Shown here: piece after piece, positions 42,038-50,743 of the stretch
Numbering within the stretch: the first letter of the stretch is position 1
How the letters are laid out: each line of letters starts with the position of its first letter
Assembly: GCA_031273825.1 (NCBI GenBank)
Contig: JAISRB010000092.1
Location: forward strand, 1-52,163
Reading direction: 5' to 3'
DNA length: 52,163 nt
Source: Clostridiales bacterium
GTDB lineage: Bacteria > Bacillota > Clostridia > Christensenellales > JAISNN01
Position numbers and translations under genes: made by a program
The notes under the pieces: model-generated
What the model was told of the DNA's origin: nothing
Seen by the model: the letters and a program-made list of their open reading frames with translations, nothing else
Databases searched by the model: none

Positions 42038-45000
42038 ATGAAAAAGAGTAGGTACTTATGGGCGGTAGCCCTTGTGTGCGCCGCGCTTATCGGCTTAGCG
42101 GTGCAAATCATACTCGTCGCCTCAAAAGACGGCGTGCAATATTTAGCGCATATATCGGTGTTAGTAAACCTTGCCGCTTGCGTCTGGTTGCTGTTTGCGG
42201 GAATCGGAATACTTTCCGGTTCGGGCAAAAAACGCGCATTTCAAACGCTTGCCGGCTCGAGAATACAAGGCGCGCTGGTCACTTATCTGATAGCCGCGTC
42301 CTTAATATTTTGGATAGCGTTTGCGGGACACATTCCGCCGTTTAGCCCCGAATGGTTTAAGGGCGAAGTCGCGATAGCTTACATATACAACAACGCGGTT
42401 TTGCCGTTGTTTATGCTTGCCGTTTGGCTGTTCTATCCGACAGACAAAAAAAGGATGCAAAAAAACGACCCGTTTTATTGGTTGGTCGTTCCGTATCTTT
42501 ACTTTATGGTCATACTCATCGTCGCGCTCGCGGCTAAGACGTATGTCTACGAATTTATCGACCCGATTTGGGTCGAAGCCCAAATCGGAGTAAACAAGAC
42601 GATAAACCTCTTGTGGGCGTTAGCCGTCGCGGCGGGGCTCGGTCTTTTGTTCTACTATTTGGGACGCTTTATCATAACGCTTAGACACAAACAGCTCGCG
42701 GGCGCGGCGAGACAAAAAACCGTCGACACGCTTGTTCTCGACGAATCCGCCGAGAGCGAGACCTACTTAGACGGCGTTGTCGGCGGAGTTGTCGCAGGCG
42801 GAGCGGTCGCCGCGACGGACGAGGAAACCGCCGAACCGAATTATGTCAACGTCGAAGTCGAACAGCTGCACGTCGTCTCCGCCGCCGCCCAAAACGGCGA
42901 CGCAGTCGCTCAGCTTATCGTCGGCGTTTGCAACGAAAAGGGCTTAGGCTCGGATGTGGATTATGCCGAGGCGGCCAAGTGGTACGCTGCGGCGACCGGA
43001 AACGGAAACGCCGACGCCGCCAACAACCTTGCAAACTGCTATGCGACGGGCAAGGGCGTAGAAAAAAATCCCGAGCAAGCCGTTTCGCTTTATATCCAAG
43101 CCGCCGAGCAGGGCAACGCCGACGCGCTTTATAATCTGGGCAATTGCTACTATAGCGGTTTCGGAGTCGGTCAAGACTATGAGAAAGCCGCAGGGTGCTA
43201 TCTGGAGGCCGCCGAAAAAGGCTCGCCTAAGGCTCAAAACAATATTTCCGACTGTTATGAAAAGGGCTACGGCGTAGCAAAAAATCAAGCCGAGGCCGAC
43301 AAGTGGAAAAAGAAAGCCGCCGAGTCGGGCTACAAGGCAAAGCAAGCGGGAATCTGCAAGGAGCGGGCCGGTTATCCGGACGGCGCGGACATTTCTGAAA
43401 GCGCGGCCGGGCTGTATGAGGCGCGCGCCGACATGGGCGACGCCGACGCGTTGCTTGTCGTCGGAGTCTCCAGAGAAAAGGGTCTCGGAGTCGAGCGCGA
43501 TTATGAGCAGGCCGTTAAGAGCTATGAGAAGGCGGCGAAAAAGGGCAACGCCGACGCGGAAAACAACCTCGGTGTGCTTTACGCCGTGGGCTACGGGGTC
43601 AAAAAGGACGAAAAGAAAGCCTATAAGGAATTTGCCAAGGCCGCCGAGCAGGGCAACGCCAACGGTCGGTACAATTTGGGCAACTGCTACTATTTCGGCT
43701 GGGGCGTGACGCAAGACTATGAGAAAGCCGCCAAGCTGTACGCCGACGCGGCCGGACAAGGTCACGCCAAGGCTCAAAACAATTTGGCTTATTGCTACGA
43801 AAACGGACACGGCGTAACGCCTAATCCGGAAAAAGCCGCCGCGCTTTATGCGCAAGCCGCCGAAAAAGGCGAGGCTTACGCCGACAAGCGTTTGGGCATA
43901 TGCAATCTGACGGCGAGCTATCCGGACGGAGCAGACGTTGCCGCCGTCAAAGATGCGATTTACGGTCGCGAGGTGCGCGAGGGCATTCTTGTCGCCGCCG
44001 ACACAAAGCCGACCGACGACGCGGCTATAGCCGAGGAGACCGCAAAAGCCGCCGAGCAAGCCGCGATAGCGGCCGCCGCAGAAACGCAAGCCGCAGAAAC
44101 GCAAGCCGCAGAAGCGCAAGCCGCGATAGCGGCCGCCGCAGAGCAAGCTGAAATAATAGCCGCCGCCGAGGCCGCAAAGGCCGAGGAAGAGGCGCAAGCC
44201 GCAAAAGCCGCCGAGGAAGAGGCTATAGCCGCCGAGGCCGCCGAGGAGGCGCGTCAAGAGGCCGCGGCCGCGGCCGTCGCCGTCGAGGAGGCAAAACGCG
44301 CCGCAGAAGCCGCCGAGGAGGAGGCCGAGGCCATAGCCGCCGAGGAGGCCGAGGCAAGACGCATCGCCGAGCAGACCGCCGCCGCCGCGCTAAAAGAAAA
44401 GAGCGCGGACGACGAGGAAGACGCCGAGGAAAGACCGATAATGGAAATTCCGGACGGCTGGATGTATCAAGACGGTTGGTATTATGTCAGCGAAACCGGA
44501 GAAAGAGTCGAAATACCGGCTGTTCACGACGAATATTATCACGATTTGCCTGAGGAATTAAAGTCGGAATTCAGAGATTTATTTATCGACGGAGGACGCG
44601 TCAGCATACCGAGATTCCCGTTCTATGTCATAGACGGCGACAACACAATGTTCTTTAGGCTGGTGTTTACCTTTATAACGAGATACAGAAAGATAATATC
44701 AATCGCCTTGCTCGAAAATCTCTATAATTACCTCGTCGAAAAATTCGGCGACAACCCGATCGCCATATCAAGAATAAACGACAAGCTGATAAGAATATAT
44801 TTCACGAGAAGAAAGGAAGAGGGAATTCTCGATAAATGCGAGGCCAAGTGTCGCGAGGATATCGATTATTGCCTGAAGTACGTTCAAAATTATCCGGCTA
44901 ATCTCTATTCGTTCAAGCGTTTGACGATGATATTAGAGCGCGGAGACAGGCTCTACGAGGCGCGCGCGCTTTGCAAAAAGGCCATAGAAATCGGGCTTGT

Positions 45001-45097
45001 CGACGGAACTAAGGCCGGCTACGCCGGACGTCTCGAAAGAATCGAAAGACGAATTCAAGAGGAAGAGGACGCAAAAAAAGAAACCCCGGAAGCTTAA
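42038..45097 (+). CDS. Multi-domain membrane protein: N-terminal polytopic Pr6Pr/AIG1-like domain, two blocks of Sel1 (SLR) repeats, an Ala/Glu-rich low-complexity linker and an unknown C-terminal domain
   Basis: About 6 TM helices end with ...NDPFYWLVVPYLY...YVYEFIDP. Roughly 8-10 Sel1 units follow (e.g. AANNLANCYATGKGVEKNPEQAVSLYIQAAEQGNADALYNLGNCYYSGFGV). The linker contains AAETQAAETQAAEAQAA. A GGAG RBS is present. Confidence 0.85.
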   Translation: MKKSRYLWAVALVCAALIGLAVQIILVASKDGVQYLAHISVLVNLAACVWLLFAGIGILSGSGKKRAFQTLAGSRIQGALVTYLIAASLIFWIAFAGHIPPFSPEWFKGEVAIAYIYNNAVLPLFMLAVWLFYPTDKKRMQKNDPFYWLVVPYLYFMVILIVALAAKTYVYEFIDPIWVEAQIGVNKTINLLWALAVAAGLGLLFYYLGRFIITLRHKQLAGAARQKTVDTLVLDESAESETYLDGVVGGVVAGGAVAATDEETAEPNYVNVEVEQLHVVSAAAQNGDAVAQLIVGVCNEKGLGSDVDYAEAAKWYAAATGNGNADAANNLANCYATGKGVEKNPEQAVSLYIQAAEQGNADALYNLGNCYYSGFGVGQDYEKAAGCYLEAAEKGSPKAQNNISDCYEKGYGVAKNQAEADKWKKKAAESGYKAKQAGICKERAGYPDGADISESAAGLYEARADMGDADALLVVGVSREKGLGVERDYEQAVKSYEKAAKKGNADAENNLGVLYAVGYGVKKDEKKAYKEFAKAAEQGNANGRYNLGNCYYFGWGVTQDYEKAAKLYADAAGQGHAKAQNNLAYCYENGHGVTPNPEKAAALYAQAAEKGEAYADKRLGICNLTASYPDGADVAAVKDAIYGREVREGILVAADTKPTDDAAIAEETAKAAEQAAIAAAAETQAAETQAAEAQAAIAAAAEQAEIIAAAEAAKAEEEAQAAKAAEEEAIAAEAAEEARQEAAAAAVAVEEAKRAAEAAEEEAEAIAAEEAEARRIAEQTAAAALKEKSADDEEDAEERPIMEIPDGWMYQDGWYYVSETGERVEIPAVHDEYYHDLPEELKSEFRDLFIDGGRVSIPRFPFYVIDGDNTMFFRLVFTFITRYRKIISIALLENLYNYLVEKFGDNPIAISRINDKLIRIYFTRRKEEGILDKCEAKCREDIDYCLKYVQNYPANLYSFKRLTMILERGDRLYEARALCKKAIEIGLVDGTKAGYAGRLERIERRIQEEEDAKKETPEA

Positions 45098-45183
45098 CGG
45101 GAGGCGGCTTTTTAAAAAAAATTAATATTAACGGTACAAAACGGGGGAAGACTTTTTGGGAAGGCTTTCCCTCGGTTTTTTTA

Positions 45184-45243
45184 ATAGGGCTTGCGCATTC
45201 GTGCAAGCCCTGTGTAGGGGCAACGCGCTCGTTACGCGTTCGC
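45184..45243. repeat. Isolated copy (about 1.5 units) of the 41-bp repeat family
   Basis: atagggcttgcgcattcgtgcaagccctgtgtaggggcaacgcgctcgttacgcgttcgc is about 90% identical to 45408-45467. It contains the hairpins gggcttgc/gcaagccc and aacgcg/cgcgtt. Confidence 0.8.
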
Positions 45244-45322
45244 TACACTCGCCGGGTTTCCCCTCTTGCGGCAACAAGATTGCCGCAATTCACCCCTTTT
45301 CGCGGACTTTGTCCGTCAAGGG

Positions 45323-45354
45323 GGGCAACCAAAAAGCGCGGTTTTTGGTTGCCC
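45323..45354. repeat. Perfect 13-bp-stem palindrome gggcaaccaaaaa-gcgcgg-tttttggttgccc
   Basis: Read directly. It shares the aaagcgcggttt core with sites near 7549, 19014 and 45397, and with the variant at 35211. Confidence 0.8.
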
Positions 45355-45407
45355 TAAGTGAAGTTTAGTGCTTACGCATAGTCAAAGCGTGTCAAAAAGC
45401 GCGGTTT

Positions 45408-45581
45408 ATAGGGCTTACGCATACGCGCAAGCCCTGTGTAGGGGAAACGCGCTCGTTACGCATTCGCATAAGCCCTCATTAGGGGCAATGCGCTCGTTAC
45501 GCGTTCGCATAAGCCCTCATTAGGGGCAACGCACTCGTTACGCATTCGCATAAGCCCTCATTAGGGGCAACGCGCTCGTTT
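45408..45581. repeat. Tandem array of about 4 units of a 41-bp repeat (cgcataagccctcattaggggcaaYgcRctcgttacgcRtt)
   Basis: Unit starts at 45465, 45506 and 45547 are exactly 41 bp apart, preceded by a more divergent unit from about 45424. There are no spacers between units. Confidence 0.85.
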
Positions 45582-45664
45582 AGATATCAAAAAAAGTTTT
45601 TATGCGTAAACATTGAAGTTTTTATTAAAAAGCCGCAAAACGGCTACACTTTTTTTTTGTTTTA

Positions 45665-45673
45665 TGGTATAAT
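45665..45673 (+). promoter_or_regulatory. Extended -10 (TGgTATAAT) upstream of smc
   Basis: TG 45665-66, TATAAT 45668-45673. It lies downstream of a small terminator-like hairpin, agccg-caaaa-cggct plus T9. Confidence 0.45.
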
Positions 45674-45774
45674 TATTTCTGACTATGACGGCTTGCGGCG
45701 GCTTTTTTTTAAGAAAGCCGCGCGGCGCGTTTTTGGTATAGCAGTCCCACATAACGAAAAGAGGAACGCGAACG

Positions 45775-48700
45775 GTGAATTTTAATAAGATAGAGATGCA
45801 GGGCTTTAAGTCCTTTGCCGACAAGACAAAGATTGAATTTGACAGCGAGGTCACGGCTATCGTCGGGCCTAACGGTTGCGGCAAGAGCAACGTTGCCGAC
45901 GCTATAAGATGGGTTTTGGGCGAGCAGAGCGCAAAGACCTTGCGCGGCAAGCACATGCAAGACGTCATCTTTAACGGAACGGAAAACAGAAGATCCACGT
46001 CTTATTGCGAGGTTTCGCTGTTTTTTGACAACAAAAACAGAACCTTTAACATCGACTTTGACGAGCTTGTCTTAGGCCGTAGACTCGACCGCTCGGGAGA
46101 CAGCGAATATTTGATTAACCGCAACGCCTGCAGGCTAAAGGACGTCGTCGACCTTTTGCGCGACACGGGCGTAGGCCGCGAGGGCTACAGCATAATCGGG
46201 CAGGGGAGAATAGACGAAATATTGAGCGCGAAGCCCGACGATCGGCGCAACATATTTGAGGAGGCGGCGGGAATCGCCAAGTCTAAGAGCAAAAAGGTCG
46301 AGGCCGAACGTAAGCTTTTGAGAACACGCGAAAACCTTAGCCGGCACGAGGACATTATGGGCGAGCTTTTCAGACAGCTTGAGCCGCTCAAAAAGCAGTC
46401 GGAAAACGCGAGAAAATGCCGCGAATTTAAGGACGAACTAAAGCTTAACGAGGTCAACGCCTATATATATCAGTATGAAAACAACGCCAGAGAAAAGGAC
46501 GCGATAAACGCCGCCCTTCTCTTGACGGAGACGGGAATCAAGGCGGAGACGGAGGCGCACGACGCGATAGTCGCGGCGTTTAACAAGCGTCTTGCCGGAA
46601 TAGGCGACGCGGACGCCGAGATTGCGCGGCTGAGAGAGGAGCTGACCGCCTATCTCGTCGAGGCGGAAAAAAACGCGGGAGAGCTAAAGCTTGCAAACGA
46701 GCGGCTCAACAACCTCCGCTCCGAGGAGAGCCGCGTATCGGGAGATATAGACGCGCTAAAGGCCGCCCTCGAACAAAAGAGAGAGAAAATCGAGGCGATA
46801 CGCTCAAAGACCGCGGAAACCGCCGCCGAAGCGGAGCGCGAAAAATCGGCGGTAGAGCGGGACGACGGCAAGCTGTCCGAGCTGAAGGAAAGCCTCGGCG
46901 AGGGAGAGCTTGATATTGAGAATTCCAATAAAAGCATAATCGAAAACATGGCGCGGCTGTCGGATATCAAGTCGAATATGTCGCAGCTTTTGAAAGAAGA
47001 GGAGCTTTTGAGAGGCAATCGCGAGGTCATGTCAAAGAGAATAGCCGAGCTTGAGGCGTCGGTCTTGTCGCTGTCGGAAATAAAGCGGAATTTTGACGGG
47101 GAGACGGCGCGCGTAAAATCGGCGATAGACGCGGACGCCGACGAGCTGACAAGGCTCAACGCGGAATATAGCGGCAAACGCAAGGTAATCGACAAGGCGC
47201 AGGACGAAAGCCGTTCGTTGAGCGGGAGGATAACCGCCTTAGAAACCAAGCTAAAAATGCTCGAGGATATCAAAAGCCAATACGAGGGCTTTAGCTATCC
47301 GGTAAAAAAACTCATGACGGACGGCAAAACCAACGCCGACATAAAAAAACGCAACCGCGGTGTCGTCGCGGAGCTAATCGAGGTAGAGGAAAAATATGAG
47401 CAGGCCATCGACGTCGCGCTCGGGGCGGCCCTCCAAAACGTAGTCGTCGACGACGAGGAGGACGCGAAATATCTCATCGATTATCTCAAAGAAAAGCGTT
47501 ACGGCAGAGTTACCTTTCTGCCGCTTTCGAGTGTCAAACCGCGTTTTTTGGAGAGGGAATACGACGAAATCGCCAAAATTCCCGGTTGCTTCGGCGTCGC
47601 GTCGGAGCTTATCGGATACGATAAAAAATTTAGCGGAATAATCCGCAGTCTACTCGGCAGAACCGTCATAGTTGACCGCATAGACACGGCCATTATGATG
47701 GCAAAAAGATACGACTACGCCTTTAGGATAGTCACCTTAGACGGCGACGTATTTACCCCGGGGGGCGCGATAACCGGCGGCAGCAGAAGGTCGGACAACA
47801 ACGCCGACATTATAAGCCGCGACAGAAATATCGCCGCGGCAAAGGAGAGCTTAGACAAGAGCCGAGAGGGCTACGCCGTTCTCGAAAGAGCCATTCAAAA
47901 GGCCTTGACCGACGTCGAGGGGCTAAAAAACGCAATCGCCCAAAAGGAAGAGCTGCTCAAAAGGAACGAAATAGCATACGCCGCGCTTTTTGAAAGGCTG
48001 GAAAAGGTCTCCGCGCAGCTTGCCTCCGTCGACGGCGAAAGGCAGTCCTTAGACAGACAAAGCAAGGCCGTGTCGCTCAGAATGGATGAGATAAGGGCGG
48101 ACATAGACGGCGTAGACAAGCTTGAATCGGACATAACCGCCAGACGCGAAAGCATAGACCGCCTGCGCGAGGAGAGCCGCGCCGGATTAGAGCAAAAGCG
48201 GGCGGAGAGAGAGTCCTTAGAGGCCGCCGTAACGACGGCAAAAATAACCCTCTCCCGTCTGATAAAGGACGCGGAGTCCTTAGAATCGGCGGCCGCGGCG
48301 TTGACCGCGGAGATAGCCGAGGGGCAAACGCGTCTGCCGGTTTTGCAGAGCGCGCTGTCAAAAATAAAGGCCGCCGCAGACGAGCAGGAGAGTCTGACTA
48401 TCGCGGAAGCCATGAGCGAGGGCGAGCGGCAAAAAATCGCCGGGCTAAAGGAACGCTTGTCAAAGCTTGACGAATACAAGGCCGAAAACCAAAAACGGCT
48501 TGCGGAGTTAGAGGAGGAGCGCAACAAAAAAAGCGCGGAAATCGCCGCCCTGAACGAAAAAAAGATAAGAGAGGAAAGCGCGCTTGAGCGTCTTGATTCC
48601 GACGTCAATACGCTTGAGGAGAGGGTCAGAGAGGAATATTCTCTCGATTACGCGTCGGCTCTGCCCCTTCGCGCCGACGAATACGATCATCAAAAATCGT

Positions 48701-49374
48701 TGACGGCCATCAACCGCTTAAAGCGGAAAATAAACGAGCTTGGCGACGTCAATATGCTCGCCGTCGAGGAATATGACGAGGTAAGCGGACGCTACGGCGA
48801 CATGACGGCTCAGCGCGACGACATGCTGTCGGCCGAGGCCGATTTGTTAAAGATAATATCCGAATTGACGGGCGAAATGCACGAGAGATTCAAGACGGAA
48901 TTCGACAAGATAAACGCAAACTTTCAGGAGATATTCAAGCAGCTTTTCAACGGCGGCAAGGCAAAGCTGTCGCTTGAGGCCGCGGGCGACAGCAAGGATA
49001 TTTTGGACGCGGGGATAGAGATATACGCCGAGCCTCCGGGAAAGCGTCTGCAGCATATCTCACTGCTTTCCGGCGGCGAAAAGGCTCTGACTGCCATAGC
49101 CATCTTGTTTGCCATACTCAAGCTCAAGCCTATGCCTTTTTGCGTACTCGACGAGATAGAGGCCGCCTTAGACGACTCAAACGCCAACCTCTTCGCCGAA
49201 TATCTCAAAAAATTCAGCAAAAACACGCAGTTTATAGTCATCACCCACAGAAAGCCGACAATGGAGCTGGCCGACACGCTTTACGGCGTGACAATGGAGG
49301 AAAAGGGCGTGTCAAAATTGGTCTCCGTCCAGCTCAGCGAGGCCGTCAAGCACGTCGAAAAAGCAAGCGCTTAA
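45775..49374 (+). CDS. smc: Chromosome partition protein Smc
   Basis: Walker A GPNGCGKSN, long coiled coils and hinge, signature LSGGEKALTA and Walker B CVLDEIEAALD. The start is GTG at 45775 with an AGAGGA RBS. Confidence 0.95.
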   Translation: MNFNKIEMQGFKSFADKTKIEFDSEVTAIVGPNGCGKSNVADAIRWVLGEQSAKTLRGKHMQDVIFNGTENRRSTSYCEVSLFFDNKNRTFNIDFDELVLGRRLDRSGDSEYLINRNACRLKDVVDLLRDTGVGREGYSIIGQGRIDEILSAKPDDRRNIFEEAAGIAKSKSKKVEAERKLLRTRENLSRHEDIMGELFRQLEPLKKQSENARKCREFKDELKLNEVNAYIYQYENNAREKDAINAALLLTETGIKAETEAHDAIVAAFNKRLAGIGDADAEIARLREELTAYLVEAEKNAGELKLANERLNNLRSEESRVSGDIDALKAALEQKREKIEAIRSKTAETAAEAEREKSAVERDDGKLSELKESLGEGELDIENSNKSIIENMARLSDIKSNMSQLLKEEELLRGNREVMSKRIAELEASVLSLSEIKRNFDGETARVKSAIDADADELTRLNAEYSGKRKVIDKAQDESRSLSGRITALETKLKMLEDIKSQYEGFSYPVKKLMTDGKTNADIKKRNRGVVAELIEVEEKYEQAIDVALGAALQNVVVDDEEDAKYLIDYLKEKRYGRVTFLPLSSVKPRFLEREYDEIAKIPGCFGVASELIGYDKKFSGIIRSLLGRTVIVDRIDTAIMMAKRYDYAFRIVTLDGDVFTPGGAITGGSRRSDNNADIISRDRNIAAAKESLDKSREGYAVLERAIQKALTDVEGLKNAIAQKEELLKRNEIAYAALFERLEKVSAQLASVDGERQSLDRQSKAVSLRMDEIRADIDGVDKLESDITARRESIDRLREESRAGLEQKRAERESLEAAVTTAKITLSRLIKDAESLESAAAALTAEIAEGQTRLPVLQSALSKIKAAADEQESLTIAEAMSEGERQKIAGLKERLSKLDEYKAENQKRLAELEEERNKKSAEIAALNEKKIREESALERLDSDVNTLEERVREEYSLDYASALPLRADEYDHQKSLTAINRLKRKINELGDVNMLAVEEYDEVSGRYGDMTAQRDDMLSAEADLLKIISELTGEMHERFKTEFDKINANFQEIFKQLFNGGKAKLSLEAAGDSKDILDAGIEIYAEPPGKRLQHISLLSGGEKALTAIAILFAILKLKPMPFCVLDEIEAALDDSNANLFAEYLKKFSKNTQFIVITHRKPTMELADTLYGVTMEEKGVSKLVSVQLSEAVKHVEKASA

Positions 49375-49392
49375 GGAGTTGAAATATAGGGT

Positions 49393-50286
49393 ATGGGATT
49401 GTTTTCAAAGATAGCCGAGGGCTTAAAAAAGACAAAGGAAGCCATTTCAAAAAAAATATTCGAGGCCTTCAAGGCAACCGAGCTTGACGACGATTTTTAT
49501 AACGGACTCGAGGAGGCCTTGATTTTTTCCGATATGGGAGCCGTCGCCGCAAACGAAATCGTCGGCGAGCTAAAGACCGAGGTATTCAAAAGCAAGGTGA
49601 CCGAGCCTGCCGCCGCGCGCGCTCTGTTAAAAAAAATCATAATAAAAAAAATAGATTACGACGTGCCGCCCTATAGCTATCCGCTTTTGATAATGATAGC
49701 CGGCGTAAACGGCGTGGGCAAGACCACCGCCGTCGGCAAGCTGGCAAAATTTTTTAAAGACCAAGGGAAATCCGTCGTCATCGCCGCCGCCGACACCTAC
49801 CGCGCGGCGGCGTCCGAGCAACTCGAAATTTGGGCCGAACGGGCCGGCGTCAAGATAATTATGCACGGCGAGGGCGCGGACCCCGCCGCCGTCGTTTTTG
49901 ACGCCGTTTCGTCGGCAAAGGCAAAAAAGACCGACGTCGTTTTGGTAGACACCGCCGGCCGCCTCCAAAACAAAAAGAACCTCATGGAGGAACTAAAAAA
50001 AATCAACCGTGTCGTCGGCCGCGAATACGGAGATTGCGACACGAGAAACTATATCGTTCTCGACGCCACCACCGGCCAGAACGCGTTGTCGCAGGTCGGA
50101 ATATTTGACGAGGCCGTCGACATCGACGGCATAATATTGACCAAGCTCGACGGCACGGCAAAGGGCGGCATAGTCCTCTCGATCGCCTGCGAAAAGGAAA
50201 TCCCCGTCGTCTATGTCGGCGTCGGCGAAAAAATCACCGACTTGCTGCCGTTTGACGCCGAGGATTTTGTCGACGGAATATTATAA
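49393..50286 (+). CDS. ftsY: Signal recognition particle receptor FtsY (short form: NG domain only)
   Basis: GTPase motifs GVNGVGKTT, DTAGR and TKLDG are present. Length is 297 aa. Its position directly after smc is a common arrangement. Confidence 0.93.
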   Translation: MGLFSKIAEGLKKTKEAISKKIFEAFKATELDDDFYNGLEEALIFSDMGAVAANEIVGELKTEVFKSKVTEPAAARALLKKIIIKKIDYDVPPYSYPLLIMIAGVNGVGKTTAVGKLAKFFKDQGKSVVIAAADTYRAAASEQLEIWAERAGVKIIMHGEGADPAAVVFDAVSSAKAKKTDVVLVDTAGRLQNKKNLMEELKKINRVVGREYGDCDTRNYIVLDATTGQNALSQVGIFDEAVDIDGIILTKLDGTAKGGIVLSIACEKEIPVVYVGVGEKITDLLPFDAEDFVDGIL

Positions 50287-50332
50287 AAACGATATAAGCG
50301 TTTTGATAAGTTTTTGAATATACTCCCACGAA

Positions 50333-50743
50333 TTATCCGAGTAGATTTTTAATCCGCTCCAACGTTGCCGCTTTGTTATTTTTCTTAAGCTCGCACTCCC
50401 ATATACGGAGAACGCGCCAACCGCGAGTTTCGAACCTTGCCACAACTTCAATGTCGCGGCGCATATTGCGCTCGCGTTTCGCCGCCCAGTAATCAGAGTT
50501 AGCGGTGGGGCGAGTGTTGCGGCAGTCGTGACCATGCCAGAAACACCCATCTGCGAACACAGCTACGCGCAATTTGGGAAACACAAAATCGGGTTTGCCC
50601 TTGACGGGATAATTGCGTCGCCACCCCGTCAAACCTGCCGCTTTGAATAGCTCAATCAGTCGCAATTCAGTAGACTTGTTGCCTTTTGAGCGTACTTTGC
50701 TCATAACTACGGAGCGCATCTCCGGAACGAATACGTCAGCCAT
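50333..50743 (-). CDS. vsr: Very-short-patch repair endonuclease
   Basis: The motifs MSKVRSKGNKSTELRL and FADGCFWHGH are present. The start is taken at MADVF (ATG 50743), which overlaps the dcm stop by 8 nt. Confidence 0.9.
   Translation of the reverse strand: MADVFVPEMRSVVMSKVRSKGNKSTELRLIELFKAAGLTGWRRNYPVKGKPDFVFPKLRVAVFADGCFWHGHDCRNTRPTANSDYWAAKRERNMRRDIEVVARFETRGWRVLRIWECELKKNNKAATLERIKNLLG

Noticed and set aside
42944-44257. 437-aa ORF antisense to the Sel1-repeat gene
   Set aside because: It is a low-complexity G/L/R/C-rich mirror image of the Ala/Glu-rich sense frame. It has no RBS, and the sense frame has clear Sel1 repeats.
45408-45581. Possible CRISPR array
   Set aside because: The 41-bp units are directly tandem with no unique spacers, and no cas genes are in the window.
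46650-48608. Ser-rich antisense ORFs (207 and 237 aa) within smc
   Set aside because: This is the typical antisense artefact of Glu/Leu/Ala-rich coiled-coil coding sequence, with no independent signals.
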